Shown: positions 1 through 13,579 of the stretch, piece by piece
Position numbering within the stretch: the stretch's first letter is position 1
Layout: each line of letters starts with the position of its first letter
Source: Hemiscyllium ocellatum
Taxonomy: Eukaryota
Assembly (NCBI RefSeq): GCF_020745735.1
Contig: NC_083430.1
Location: forward strand, 40,414,909 to 40,478,908
DNA: 64,000 nt
Direction of reading: 5' to 3'
Notes under the pieces: generated by a model
The model's input: only the letters and a program-made list of their open reading frames with translations
What the model was told of the DNA's origin: nothing
The model's database searches: none
Position numbers and translations under genes: made by a program

Positions 1-19
1 CCCAGCAATCTGTTTTTCT

Positions 20-265
20 TGTCATGTTATTTGAATGATAATATTGACCAGAACACCAGGAATAATTCCCCTGCTTTTCCTCAAAATTGTGCCACAGAAT
101 GCTTTACACCCCCTGCAAACACAGACAGAATCATGGTTTAATGTGCCATCTAAACGACAGTACCTCTGACAGTGCAGCAGGCTCTCAGTCCTGCACTGGA
201 GTGGCAATCTTTATTTTGAACTTGGAACTTTGTAATACCAAGGTCAAACTGCTGTAAAATGAGTC
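20..265 (-). mobile_element. Old DeuSINE/SacSINE-like SINE fragment
   Basis: Contains 'acagtacctctgacagtgcagcaggctctcagtcctgcactggagtg', which resembles the reverse complement of the AmnSINE/SacSINE-type body. A related copy is at ~57400-57630. Confidence 0.55.
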
Positions 266-329
266 ACAGTTGAAATAAAATCAAATCAGATAGACTTCTC
301 TCCATCACATGAAAATATATAGAATTGCT

Positions 330-565
330 CATTCTTTATTGCCAATATTATTCACAACAGCAGGCGCTCTTCCTCAATAGTTGTTGTAAATCAAGTCTTT
401 GAATATTTTTTAAGGTAGATTCTTGAATACTAAGAGGGTAAAAGGTATCAAGTGTGGGTGGGAATATGGAGTAAAAAGATCAGCCATGATCTTACTGAAT
501 GGCAGAAGAAGCTCAAGAAGCCAAATAACGTACTTCTGCTCGTAATCCATATATTCATGTGTTTA
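330..565 (+). mobile_element. CR1-like LINE 3' end fragment
   Basis: 'gatcagccatgatcttactgaatggcaga...cttctgctc' is the 3'UTR motif shared with other CR1 copies here (22010-22060, 39995-40050). Confidence 0.6.
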
Positions 566-1219
566 TATGTAAAATATTCCTTGGTACTTCATTGGAATGA
601 TGATCAAGTAAAATTAAATACTGAGCAGACAGGGAGATGTTTGGACAGGTTATGAACGTTTGATCACAGAGGTAAAAGAAGAGAGAAAGGTAGAGAAGTG
701 GAAAGGTTTAGAGAATTAATTTCAGAGATTTTTCAGCTTTTTTACCAACTGACAATAATAATTTGTCCCAAAACATAGATTTCATTTGATTTTTGTTGTT
801 GTTTCCAGTAGAATTTAGACCAGTTCCTTTCAAGTTTTTTTCTTCCCAGATATAACGATAAAACATCACCCTAGATCTCCCTCACCCTTTTCCTTAATCT
901 CTGCTCGATGCTATCTCTGAAAAGAAGGTATGTACCAAGAATTTTCTGCTGGTAGTAATTCTAGCCCTAAGTCTGCTGTCAACTGTGGCTTAATTTGTAG
1001 CATTTTCACTTCTCAACCTTGGTCTGCAAATAAATACTAAACATACAATTGAGGGTGCAGAGCATTAGATCATACAATTACCTCATGTTTCCATATTCTA
1101 AAACAACATACCCAAAGAACCTACTTATTTTCAGTACCAAATTGTATCTACCCTGGGCCAATCAAATATACTGTTTCCCTTTAACAACAATAACTTATAT
1201 GTTGCCTTACTCCAGAAGA

Positions 1220-1930
1220 TATTTGATAAGGTGCCAAAGGTTTATGGGGAAATCTAAAGCTCAATGGTGTAAGGCGTAACATACCGACATGGACAGAAGA
1301 TTAAATAGCCAACAGGAGACAGCAAGAATAAATCAGTCAGTTTCTGGGTGGCAAGACAAAATGAGTAGTATACCAGAGGAGTCAGTGTTGGTTTACTTTT
1401 TAGAATTTATATAGAAGTGACTTGGTTGAAGGGTCTAAAGGCATGTTTGCTAAATTTGCTAATGACACAAAAATAGGTAGCAAATTAAGTTATGAAAAGG
1501 TATAGAGACTACAAAGGGACATAGATAGGCTAACTATATGTGGGCATAGATCTGGCAAATGGAGTATAAAGTGGAAATTGTGAATTTGTACATTTTGACA
1601 GGAAGGATAAAAAAAAGCATATTATCTCCATGGTGAGAGATTGAAGAGCTCTGACATTGATAGAAACCAGGGTATCCTACAGCATAAATTGTAAAAGTAT
1701 AAAGGTACAGTAAGCAATTTAAAAACCTTGAGAATGTTACTGTTTATTTTGTGGGGAATTGAATAAAAAGTTGGTGGGGTGGGGGTTATGCTTCAGTTAT
1801 ACAGAACATTGGAGAGACCACATCTGGAATGCTGCATACATTATTGACCTCTTTATTTAAGGAAGGATGCAAGTATGTTGGAAGCAGTTCAAGAAGGTTT
1901 GCAAGGTAATAGTTGTGATGGATGTGTTAT
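1220..1930 (+). mobile_element. Degenerate CR1-like LINE ORF2 (RT) fragment
   Basis: 'aaatttgctaatgacacaaaaataggt' encodes KFA(D/N)DTKIG. Downstream W.M.F/CE..HF and L..PHLE motifs are present but frameshifted. Confidence 0.75.
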
Positions 1931-2071
1931 TTATCAACTGATAGTGATAATTCATCCCAAACATATACTTCATTTCATTTTTGTTGTGTTTCCAGTAGAA
2001 TTTAGATCAGTTCCTTTCAAGCTTTTTTTTTCCTGATATAACTATAAGCATTATTCTGGAAAATGACACCC

Positions 2072-2250
2072 ACGATGTGGAGGTACCAGAGTGGACTGGG
2101 GTGGACAAAGTCAGAAGTCACACGATACCAGGTTATAGTCAAACAAGTTTATTTAAACTCTCAGGCTTTTGGAGCTTCACCTGATGAAGTTGCAGTGCTC
2201 CAAAAGCTTGAGATTTCAAGCTGTTGGACTATAACCTGGTATCATGTCAT
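2072..2250. mobile_element. Penelope-derived fold-back element (family B) with degenerate hammerhead core
   Basis: Inverted arms ccaggttatagtc...gactataacctgg; central cacCTGATGAag...ctcCAAAAGCTT. Same family as 13580-13977. Confidence 0.6.
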
Positions 2251-3949
2251 CCTAAAAATCACAACAGCACAGGTCGTTGTTTCCAGTATTCTGCACCAAC
2301 TAAAGTACTGCACTGAAAATCAAAAGTTAAAACTTTTTGAACAGAAGTCACAAAAAGTTAAGCCAGAACTTTTAAGTTGTTAATCAATGATCATTTTATC
2401 TTCATCTTTTACTCAATATCTCCCTCTCCATGAGACAAATAATTTTCCTGAGGATAGGATCTGATTCAATCTTCTGTGTGACACTGTAACGTGATACAGG
2501 AAATGAAATACTTAAAGGAAAAGTTCCAACTTCAATTTTCCATTTTTAGGTGTAAGAAAGTGCAGCACACCAGCAGTTTTCAGAGCAGTTCGTTCCTCTT
2601 TGCCAGTTAGTTTACGATCAAAAATAGGCTTATCATGGAAGATAAGGGACATAGCCAACATTCCCAGATTGTCATCCGTCATTCTGACATGCAGCACAAA
2701 GCTTGACCAGCTCAACACCAGCATCCTCCATCCAACTAGAAAACACATTGCTAACTCTAAATCAACCAATGCATGGCCAAGTTTCACTCCCGACACCAGC
2801 TTTTCCGATTATTTTTGGACTTCTCACTAAAATTGAATTTCTGGTCAAATATAAACAGTTTGAAGAAGGGTTTTTATATGCTTCACTGTTTTGCAATTCT
2901 AGCTTCATTTTGGTACTTGAGAAGGCTCTGATTTAGATTAGAGTTTGGTCAGCTCACAGGAACGCCAACATATTCTTGCCAAATCTCTGCTCAAATTTCA
3001 CCCTGTTTAAGAATGAAAGAATTTTACCAGCTGTACAAATCTAAATAGAAAAAAAACTAAATAATCTACCTTTTTCACAAAGTTTATTGAAGCACTTCAA
3101 TGACACTGTAAAATTAGAAGCAGTACCTAATATGTCATGAATTTCCATTGTTCACTATTTTAACAGAGGTGCTAAACTTTTCTTTTCAAATCACTCTTAG
3201 GATGTCAGCATTGCTCACAACTGTATTTGTTGTCCATCCAAAATTGCCCTTGAAGAGGTGATGGTGGAGCCACCGTTTTTAATACAACTGAGTTGATCGC
3301 TATTACACTTCTGAGGTCTGTTAAGTGTCAACTTTATTGACTGTGGATTTGTAGTAACATATAGGTCAGACCAGGTGAGGATGCCAGATTCCTTTCTTGA
3401 AGGACAACAATGAACTGGATGCATTTTACATTGAAAACCAGTAATCTCAGGGCTACCGTAACTGATAAAATCTTATTCCTTTCAGATTTTGATTAATTAG
3501 ACAAATTTCCAAGCTGCCAAATGGAATTTGAACTCATAACTTGGGACCATTAGGCCAGGCCTCTGGATGGTTATCTCAGTGACAAAGTAACATTGATGAA
3601 TCTTGTGTAAATACATAGTATTAAATTTCAAATTGTTTAAAGATGTTTTGACTATACTTGGGAGCAAGGTTTAATGGACATTCCTGATAAATTTTAGAAA
3701 GTGGTGAGATGCAGCACATTGTTTATGTAAGATACAACATAGTCACAAAAAAACTAAACCAAACTAGGCAACTCAAATATTGACTAAGAATTTCGTTTTT
3801 CAGACAACTATTTGTTGGGGTGGGGAGGTTATTTTATCAGCCATTTAACCATTTTGCATTAAAGTCAAGTCTCATTTCAAACACCCATTTTTGCTCTAAA
3901 CCTGTTACCTCTTGAGTCAGAGACAAACAGTTAAAAACGAAACAGGACA

Positions 3950-4800
3950 TTTGGCAGAACTTGAAGTGCTTAAATTATTTTGTGATCTGCGCAGTTTTTT
4001 TTTATCTTAGCTATCGCACATCGCGGAAAATTGATGATCGTAGAATAAATTCGAGAGGAAAAGAATCCCCAAGCCTCAAACAAGAGCAAGACATTTAACT
4101 TTGCACTGACTCGTCCTTGACGGCGAACATTGTGTTTTTTTTTTAGAAACAATCTCCAAGAGGCGAATCTTTTTTTTAAAAAAAACAGGATTTTTAAGAA
4201 ATGTAAACAATGCACGCTTAAAATCTCCAGGCTACCGGCTGCTGCTGATCCGCACTGTTTTATTACAGTTCAGTTCACAAACAATTGTGTAGATGGGGGG
4301 TGGGGGGAATCTGAGAAGGGGTGGGGGGGCGAACACTAAAATAAAAGGTCGATTTAAATTTGAACTATGGATAAACTCCGCACCGATGAAATGCCCCCCT
4401 CCTCCCCTTCCCTTTGGATTAAATAAGGAGTATTGTTGTCTTTGAGAACTAGCGATCAAAACACTGCAAACAATGTGGATCTCATCAATAATAACCTCCC
4501 ATCTCCGGCGGATCCCCGGTGAGGAAACAGAAGCCGAAATATCCCCGGCCGCCGGGATCCCGCCGCTCGGGTGGTGGTGGGGGGGGGGGGGGGTCACAAA
4601 CTCACCGGGGTCCGGGCTGGAGCACGGCGATCCCGGTCGGTTAGAGCCAGAGCTCCGAGTTACACTGAAGCCAAAGTCTCCGCTCCATCCTTCGCCATGA
4701 CAGATTGTGAGGAGCTCTCACCCCTGACCTCTCACCTCTCACCCTCCTCCCCTCCCCTCCCCTCCGGAACTGGAGGCAGGGCAAGCCTGCAGCCCCAGGG
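3950..4800 (-). promoter_or_regulatory. CpG island / probable promoter and non-coding first exon (3' end 4606) of an unidentified minus-strand transcript
   Basis: Dense unmutated CpGs in a CpG-depleted background; (GGGGA)n tract at ~4743-4765 on minus; consensus donor CCG|GTGAGT on minus (intron begins at 4605). Confidence 0.6.
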
Positions 4801-6151
4801 ACCTGTGTCAGTGCCATTGCACCCAGTGCTCAGGGATCACACACACACAGCCACAGCCACAAAAAGAAAGTGCTTAGAAACATTGGTGGTTGGGGGATTT
4901 TATTTCCTTTTGTGCGTGTGTGCAAAGATCCTCACAGTTGGAATGCTGACAGCCGCTTATCTAAGTGCCAAGTCTCACCCACAGAGTGAAGCTCTCTCAC
5001 TTTGGATTAAATATGACCTATTTTACATAGCTATTAATATTTTAGAAATCCTACGCATTTTCTGCCAATTATGCGTTTCAACGTCAGAAGGGAAACTGCT
5101 AATGCCAGCTGGCTGTGTTGTAGTTGCACCCCATCCCTCCCATTGGAGACACTGCAGCCCTGCCACTGGCTCCAGGGTATGATTGTGACATGTTTACATT
5201 GATTATTTTCATTCTATATTTGGACATACAGGAGAAGCCTGTCAAAATGTGCCTCACCTCCATCCACACAACTTGCACTCTACCTTCTAACCTCATTCCA
5301 TTTGAAGGCTACATATGGTCTTAGTTCACTGTTTATTTTTACAGTGAATATATTGGCTTGAATTTTGTATTGAGCATAATAGATGAACAGCACTCGTCAT
5401 CATTATATTAAACAGTAACTTGCAGAATGCATGGAAAGTAAGTATGACAATCTAGAAACTGCAGTCATTGCACTGTAACAGACTTCACTAAATGGTATCT
5501 TGTTGATAGACTCAGCATTGAAATCATTGGGTATGAAGTTATTGTGCTTACCCATCACTTAGGAAATGTTAGGTCCAGCGAATTTATAATGCCTTGATTA
5601 GTCATAGCTACTCATAAGCAGCCTCTCTGGCCCTGAAGAAGATGTATTTTACTAGTATGAAATCCTGTTCCTTCAGAGTATAATTACAATTGAAGCTTTA
5701 AAACAAAATACATTTGTTTTAGTTTATCCATGTCTTTTTATCTTTCCATCTTTATTTGATTTTTCTTTGCCAATCTATATTTTTCATCCTATTATATAAT
5801 TCAAATCAATTTATAATTGGTGGCTTACATATTTAGACAGTGTGGCAGTGTGAATGATTGAAGAATTTCACTGTCTCTTGCACTGCTCACATGTTACAGC
5901 TTGTCTCATACATTTCACAAAAAATATCAATACAAATGGTTCAATAAGATGGCTAACCACAAACAAGAATTAAAAGATAAAAAATCAGAAGTGAGAAAAC
6001 TAGTTATTTTATCATTTTTTTCTGAATCTGACCGTTCCTAAAAGGTAGGAAATCAACATTTAATATTCAGTTGCTAAACTAGAGATAATTTTCCTGCAGC
6101 AACAGCAATAAGGGCAGGATGGAAATTTAAAGTTGATAAGCCAAATTTAAC

Positions 6152-7950
6152 ATAGATTCATAGAGATGTGCAGCACAGAAACAGACCCTTTGGTCCAACT
6201 CCAACCAGATATCCTGAATTAACTTAGTCCCATTTGCTAGCATTTGGCCTGTATCACTCTAAATCCTTCCTATTAAATATTGTAATTGTACCATCTCCTC
6301 TGGCAGCTCATTCAATATATGCACCACCCTCTATGTGAAAAAGTTGCCCTTTAAGTCCCTTTTAAATCTTTCCCCTCTCACCTTAAACCTATGTCCTCTG
6401 GTTTCAGACTCCCCTACCCTGGGGAAAAGACCGTATCTATTTACCCTATCCATGCTCCACATGATTTTATAAATTTCTGCAAAGTCACCCCTCAGCCTCC
6501 AACATTCCTGTGAAAATAACCCCAGCCAATTCAGTTTCTCCCTATAGTTCAAACCCACCAAACCTGGCAACATCCTTGTAAATCTTTCCTGAACCCTTTC
6601 AAGTTTCACAACATCTTTCCTATGGCAAGAGACTACAAATGAACGAAGTATTCCAAAAGTGGCGTAACCAATGTCCTGTACAGCTGCAATATGACCCCTC
6701 AACACCTTTACTCAACGCACTGACCAATAAAGGCAAGTATACTAAATGCTTTCTTCACCACCCTGTCTTCCTTCAGCTCCACTTTCAAGGAACTATGAAT
6801 TGGTACCCCAAGATCTCTTTGTTCATCAACACTCCCCAGGACCTTACCATTAAGTGTATAGATCCTGCTCTGATTTGTCCTACCAAAATGCAGCACCTCA
6901 CATTTAGCTAAATTAATCTCCATCTGCTCCTCCTGGGCCCACTTGCCATCTGAGCAAGATTCCATTGTACTCTAATGTAACCTTCCTCACTGTCCACTAT
7001 ATTACCAATTTTGGTGTCATCTGCAAATTTACTACCCATACCGCCTATTATCACATCCAAATCATTTATATAAATGACAAAAAGCAGTGGACCTAGCACC
7101 AATCCTTGTGACACACTGCTGGTCACAGGCCTCCAGTCTGAAAACTAACCCGTCACCACCACCCTCTGTCTTCTACCTTTGAGTGAATTTTGCGTTCAAA
7201 TGGCTAGCTTTCCTTCTATTCCATGTGATCTAACCTTGCTAGCCAGTCTCACATGTGGAATCTTGTTGAGCGCCTTACTGAAGTACATATAGACAATGTC
7301 CAGTTCCACAAGAAATGCAAAACTTGCGCCCACACCTCCCCCCTCACTTCCCTCCAAGGCCCCCAAGGGATCCTTCCATATCCTTCACAAATTCACCTGC
7401 ACCTCCACACACATCATTTACTGCATCCGCTGCACCCGATGTGGCCTCCTCTACATTGGGGAGACAAGCCGCCCACTTGCGGAATGTTTCAGAGAACTCC
7501 TCTGGGACACCCGCACCAACCAACCCAACCACCCTGTGGCTGAACACTTTAACTCCCCCTCCCACTCCGCCAAGGACATGCAGAAAGAGCACCGCCTTCT
7601 TGTCCTGCAATCATCTTCCCGACCTCTCCACCCCACCCCCTCTCCAGCCTATCACCCTCACCGTAACGTCCTTCCACCTAACACATTCCCAACGCCCCTC
7701 CCCTAAGTCCCTCCTCCCGACCTTTTATCTTAGCCTATTTGGCACACCTTCTTCATTCCTGAAGAAGGGCTTATGCCCGAAACATTGATTCTCCTGCTCC
7801 CTGGATGCTGCCTGACCTGCTGCGTTTTTCCAGCAACACATTTTTCAGCTCTGATCCCCAGCATCTGCAGTCCTCACTTTCTCCTAATGTCCAGTAGTCT
7901 GCCTTCATCAATCTTCTTCATCACTTCTTCAAAAAACTCAATCAGGTTAG
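6152..7950 (-). mobile_element. CR1/HER1-like LINE 3' portion (RT domain to tail), interrupted by a Penelope-like insertion
   Basis: ORF fragments 'SVSQGLVLGPLLFVIYINDLD...SKFADDTKIG' (6908-7126) and 'LERVQERFTRMLPGL' (6331-6705); tail motif catagag at ~6152-6166. Host resumes after 7895. Confidence 0.9.
7305..7885 (+). mobile_element. 5'-truncated Penelope-like element (GIY-YIG C-terminus plus terminal repeat), family A
   Basis: 'HIIYCIRCTRCGLLYIGETSRPLAECFRE' GIY-YIG motif; hammerhead-like CTGAAGA...GAAA at 7759-7782; 10-bp TSD aatgtccagt at 7295-7304 and 7886-7895. Confidence 0.9.
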
Positions 7951-8359
7951 TGATTTCCTAAGTTGAGTCACCTTGGCAGAATACTAATTGTGTCATAGGA
8001 ACAGTCCAGAGGAGCACTGGGAAGGCAAGAAAGTTAGTGACCCTCTCTTCTCTGTGTGGGTAAGTGGCATCATCTTCCCTCTTCTATTCCAGACTCTCTG
8101 CTGTCTCAATACTTCCCCTACTTCCCATCTAGGCTTATAGTCTACCAGTTTATCATATGCAACATCTTCCTTCACTTGCTGTCGCCCACCCATTTGCCCC
8201 CACGCTACAAACACTGCATGACCTCTGCACTATCCACTCACTCACCTGAAAACTCAGCTTTCTCTCACCTGCACCAGACTGACTGCTGTGCCGGCAACTT
8301 TCATCTCTCTCAATCGCTGCACTTTGTCTCATTCTAGGAGAAAAAGTCTCACAGTATGT

Positions 8360-8480
8360 ACACACAAAGTATGAGAGCAGGCCATTCAGCCCTTTCAGCC
8401 TGCTCTCCCTTTCAATAAGATCATGGATGATCTGATCTTTAAACTCAACTCTACATTCCTGCATATCCCTGATATTCCTT
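8360..8480 (-). mobile_element. CR1-like 3' end fragment
   Basis: 'gcaggccattcagccc...ttcaataagatcatggatgatctgat' is the reverse complement of the CR1 3'UTR motif. Confidence 0.6.
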
Positions 8481-9192
8481 CGCCTCCTTGGGAATCAAAA
8501 GGGCAAAATAAGAGCCAATATGTTGTGGTGAGCCTGACATTCAGTTCCTTATCCTTTCTTAAAGTTCCTGACCCTGACAACCCATGCAACTGACTGACAA
8601 TACCCAAATTCCTGGACTTATATCAGAGCCTGCTCTTAACCTACTATATTGGGACCCACTCACTGAAGGATGAGTCTCTGGACTTGACCAAGGAGTTTTC
8701 CCTTTCAATGTTGTGACTTGGCCATTTGGTCAATGTACATGCAGTGTATTTGCCATGAATGCTGTTGATACATGGTACATGAGTGAGATTGGTGTTGCAT
8801 GGTGACATACAGCAATAGAGCAAGTGAAGAGCCTTGAGATGCACATGAATCCAATCTCTGAGTTAGACGTCTGTCTCGGCACACAAGGTGTGCTGTAATG
8901 TAAGGTGTTGATGCACTCCAAAATGCTCGCTTGTATTATTGTGCAAAAATTTGTAGTCCTCTTAGCAGCAGATGACTGAAATTTCAGCAACAGTCAATAG
9001 ATTGAGCAGCTTTCAATGTTTCAATTATATGTTCCAGCTGAAGTTAGTTCAGACAACAGGCATGTCTTGTTGTGCTCTTGTGGTGCAGTGCTGTCCAGGA
9101 GGCCCCAGTTCAAGTCCCATCCATCCCAGAGGTTTATAACAATATGGGTGAACAAGTTTTTTATAAAAAAGTCAAATATCAAAAAGTCAAAT

Positions 9193-9292
9193 ATTCCTGA
9201 TGAAGGGCTTTTGCCCAAAACGTCGATTTTCCTGCTCCTTGGATGCTGTCTAACCTGCTGTGCTTTTCCAGCACCACTCTAATCTAGACTCT
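9193..9292 (+). mobile_element. Penelope terminal-repeat fragment beginning at the hammerhead motif (family A)
   Basis: attcCTGATGAagggcttttgcccAAAAcgtc (GAAA mutated). Preceded by a tandem 14-bp duplication aaaaagtcaaatat. Confidence 0.8.
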
Positions 9293-10929
9293 GTTATGTT
9301 GTACTGCCCCTAGTGGGCAGTAGATGTGAGTTGTTCATTTGAATAGATGATGTGGGTAATTTGGTAGTGGTTTACAAAAGAACATCTGTTGTTGGTGAGA
9401 GTGTTTTAGTAGTTGTGTATCGCTAGATTACATGCCCTGGATTCAAGTCCTGCCTGCCTGTAAGGAGTGTCATAACATGTCTCGGTAGGTTGTTTTAAAA
9501 ATATTATTGGACTCCGTTAAGTTCCTTGCATCTGAGGAGAGTTCAGTGTATTAAGGGATCATCTCAAAACATTACTGATGCGTCTTCATTAATAGATTGT
9601 TTCTACCAAAAAGTTTTTAAAATGAAAAATGAGGTACTTTGCAAAACTCGTTCAGTGTTGTTCCCATTTCACAATTTTTTTAAAAAGCAGAAATGATCCA
9701 GATATGAATGCAATATACTCTGAAAACCATTTGTATTCTGTAGTACATGAATAGAACCGAGTCTCTGAATCCAAGTTTACACATTCCTGTTTGACCAGTC
9801 TTAGGTACAGATAGAGTTCATTCTGATTTGGATAAATATTCACACAGCCTGATTGAAACGTCCTGCTTGACAATTCATTTCTACTCCCTAATGTCAACAA
9901 AAATTATATTCATTAAGATCAGCAATTTAACTGGCATGTTACATCCTCAAAACTAGCTAATGTGGAATAAATTCTGTTCACTGTCTCATTGATCTATTAA
10001 TATTATTGAAATCATCAAACAGCTCACCTCAACATTGAATCTCTTCCAGAGAAACTTATCCCAACCTCCTCAAACATTCTTCATTACAAAAATATTTTGA
10101 TCCAATGACAAAATGGGGAAAAAAGCAAAACAGAACATGAGATAATTATGGAGGATGTAATATTTTGCAACATAAACGTTTGAAAATTTAATATTTTAGC
10201 ATTGCTGAAAACTAAAATCATTTACGTACTGGGTCCAATGGAGTATAACTAGAATTTAACTAATCTGTGAACCATCAACATTTATTGAAATTTCAAAACT
10301 TTCTGCTATACTTTACAGTTTCAAGAAAAGCATAAAAGCAAGATATATTTAACATGTTCCAGGCTAAATATTGATTGTCCAGAATGTTTGATGTTTATTA
10401 TGGTATTAAAATTAACAAACAATAATTATTGATTTCCCTATGCACAGCCAGAATGGAGAACAGCTTAAAGTCACACACAAAACAAGCAACACACGGAAAT
10501 CCAGACATACAGAGTAATACACATGCAAATACATAAAACAACAAATGAATCTCTGGGATAAGAATGAGCTCATAGATGGCATGACAAGAGATCAGAAAAA
10601 AGAAGAGGACACGAGCAAGGGGTTGGGGAGACAGGGCAATTCATGCATGAGCAAAAGTACAGTATGCAGTAAAAACATTCTGAGTATTATTTTAAAATGT
10701 GAATGTCAACAACAACATATTTTATTCACAAAATAAGGGCCTAAAATTGAAAAATGGTGCAGATAAATAATGTATGAGTTTGAAATGTTTTACAAAACTA
10801 TTCATTTTGATCTGTTACCTTCTAGATTATGAAAAATCACTTCCATTTGTTCATTTGTGAGTTATGGTTGCAATAATGCCAGTTTTTGGTTTGAAACATA
10901 AACATGGAGTTGAATAGAATACTGAGTTT

Positions 10930-11024
10930 GCTCCTTGGATGCTGCCTGACCTGCTGTGCCTTTTCAGCACCAGTCTGAACTAAACTCTGGTTTCCAGCAT
11001 CTGCAGTCCTCAGTTTTGCCAAGT
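10930..11024 (+). mobile_element. Penelope terminal fragment (family A)
   Basis: ggatgctgcctgacctgctgtgc...ccagcatctgcagtcctc; tgagtttgc is repeated at both junctions. Confidence 0.75.
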
Positions 11025-13052
11025 TGAGTTTGCAATAAGTCTTGTTTGGCTTGAAACAGTGAACTGGGAGAAAGGCATAGAATTTGTTGCAAGGGGTTTG
11101 ATGGAGAGATAATGAGTTCGGTCTTCCTATAGTTAATTTGAAATTGTAGTTTATCCAAGAATGGATACTGGAGAAGTCGTGTTCCAATCGAGTTAACAGA
11201 GACTGCGAGGAGTTGCAAATATACAGCCAACTCCATGTTTGCAGATGGATAGTACAGAGAAAAGGATAAAAAGAGAAAATGATGGTTTCAGAGAGCCCCC
11301 TTGGATATAACAGTATGAAGGCAGGAAGAGAAACAATGTCTTGAGATGTCCTGCCTATAAGAGATTTGATCGTGTAGTACTATCTTGGCAACTGATGGGA
11401 TTTGTATTCAAATAATAAAATCTGAAATTGAAACTATTTGAAATAATGGTGATCACAAAACTATAATTGGTTTTCATAGAGCTCCATCAGGTACATTAAT
11501 GTAATTTAGAAATGGAAATCAGCCATGGTCTGGCCGATATATGACTGCAGATCCTCAGTAATGTGATTGACTCTCAACTATCCTCTGAACTGGCTGAGGG
11601 AAGCCTCACGGTTCAAGGGCAACAAATTCATGGGTCGCATCCCATGAAAGAATATTTTAAAAATGAGGTCCGGTCTCATGCAGTTGGACAAATGGAAGAA
11701 ATGATGGATTTGGAGGATGATGACTTTGGAGAAACAAAATGAAACTCTGGATGAGCTTAGAGATGGCAATGACAGCAGATTGAAAAGAAGAAGAGGACAA
11801 TTTTTTCTTGGGCAAAACGAGGAAGGTCAGCAACAGAGGAAAGTAGATAGGGTCTCAACCTTAATGACAAAGAGGACCATGACATTCTTGCACATGCTGA
11901 GGATCAGGAGGGAAGAGGTACTCTCAGCTGCTTCATTAATGACCTTCATCATGGTGGGTGATAGGCTACTAATCTGATGTTAAAACAAATAATCCCAGGC
12001 CAAAGCAGCACTTGGACAATACCTGGGTTTGAGTTGGCTTATGCGTGAAACATTAAATAATGGCCATTTCAACAAGGAGAAAACTTAAACACCTCTCCAA
12101 CCAGCACTGCTAGGTTTTTCATTGTAAACAATTTGGAAATCATTCCTCAATAGAAGCTTAATTTCATCAGCTACATTGTTGCTATTAGAACAGGAGAAAA
12201 GCTAGGTACTCTCAGGGATATAGTTTTTTGGATCAAAACATTGTATTTTTCCATAATCTTTACAACATAACTTAGCAGTATGGTGAAATACTCACTGGCT
12301 GTTGATAGCCACAGCTGCAGCAATCTCCACCTTACAAAGAATTTGATCTTGTCAATGCCAATGCTGTCATCAGGTAACTATGGTTGCATAACAAATTATC
12401 TCCATGTTGCAGTTCTTCCTTTCACAGCACCATAGCCTCATAGCCCTCTTGGTGCCAAATCTTGAGAACTTGAACACCTTCTTTTCTCTTTCTTTGAAAA
12501 TATTCTTCAGACATATTTTTCAACTTACTTTTAGCTGTTTTTATCAGCTTATTATCCATTCCCTTTATCCATTTTAACGCATGTCCACCTCTCTGTAAAA
12601 TGTCAAAATGCTACCTAAATTCAAGTTTATTTCAGTTGTGACTTGGAAAAATGCTGTTTGAGTGGCAATGCAAGCAGTGATTAGGATCTGGGATGCCAGC
12701 ATGAAAGTGCCAGCTTTTAATTCAGGCATTGAAAAGGGAATTGGATAGTTAATGATAATCTGATCAGGAAGCATAAACCAGGCTACATGAAAGAAGGTGC
12801 CAGGTGAATTGCTCCTTTGCAGAGCCAACTTCCTTCTGTGCTGTAGACATTTTCAATTTCCTCAGAGTTATAATTACATCTGGAGAGCATGTGGGATCTG
12901 AAGCCAGGTCACCCAGCTCAGAGATAGGCACTCTACCACTGCACCACGTGAAATATTAGCCTAGAGCTCCAGATTACTAGGTCTAGTGGCATTCCCATTA
13001 TACCACCCCTTCTGCGCTGTAGCCATTCTGACCCAAACATTTGATTGAATCT

Positions 13053-13248
13053 GAAACATAAACAGAAAGTGCTGGAGAAACACAGCATGTCTGGCAGCAT
13101 CTGTGCAGAGTTAGTAGTTTTAAAGAATGATCACTTGAGTTGTAATGTTAACTATGCTTTCTCTGCATAGATGTTGACAGACTTCCTGGGTTCCTCCAGC
13201 AATTTGTGCTTTCGTTTCACATTTCCAGAATCCATGGTCCTTTTTTTT
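13053..13248. mobile_element. Old Penelope-like fold-back element (family D)
   Basis: Inverted arms (tgctggagaaac...ggcagcatctgtgcagag / ctctgcatagatgttgac...ctccagca); 15-bp TSD catt(t/c)gattgaatct at 13038-13052 and 13249-13263. Confidence 0.6.
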
Positions 13249-13436
13249 CATTCGATTGAATCTCATGGTGTGGCATGTGCATGAGTTTCAAAAAATAAAT
13301 CCATAGCAAATACTATTTAAAAACGAATGAGGCTTCATCTGTTTCAAGAGAATAGTATTCTTTGTCAACTCAAAACCTCTGAGGAGGTAGTTGCATTGTC
13401 ATAGTGAGCGCAATAACATTGAAAAGCACTAAAATC

Positions 13437-13564
13437 GACCAGGAGAAAGTGAGGACTGCAGATGCTGGAGATCAGAGCTGAAAAAGGGCTTATGCCCGAA
13501 ACGCCGATTCTCCTGCTCCTTTGATGCTGCCTGACCTGCTGCGCTTTTCCAGCAACACATTTTT
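13437..13564. mobile_element. Penelope terminal-repeat insertion with internal inversion (family A)
   Basis: First ~45 bp is the family terminus in minus orientation, the rest is in plus orientation. Perfect 13-bp TSD aagcactaaaatc at 13424-13436 and 13565-13577. Confidence 0.85.
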
Positions 13565-13579
13565 AAGCACTAAAATCAG

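Noticed and set aside
850-927. Plus-strand exon-like segment (cag|...AAG|GTATGT)
   Set aside because: All three frames contain stops and nothing supports gene membership. It could be a UTR or terminal coding exon but is unsupported.
2512-2796. Minus-strand ORF as coding exon 2 of the CpG-island gene
   Set aside because: The acceptor at 2736 is plausible, but there is no convincing donor and no recognisable protein similarity.
3970-4230. PABPC1-type A-rich 5'UTR or AZIN-type conserved uORF (suggested by paralogon neighbours)
   Set aside because: The A/T runs are short and mixed, and neither a PABP coding start nor the conserved uORF peptide was found.
4571-5182. 203-aa plus-strand ORF
   Set aside because: Low-complexity, begins at a non-ATG codon in a GC-rich island, and has no recognisable domain.
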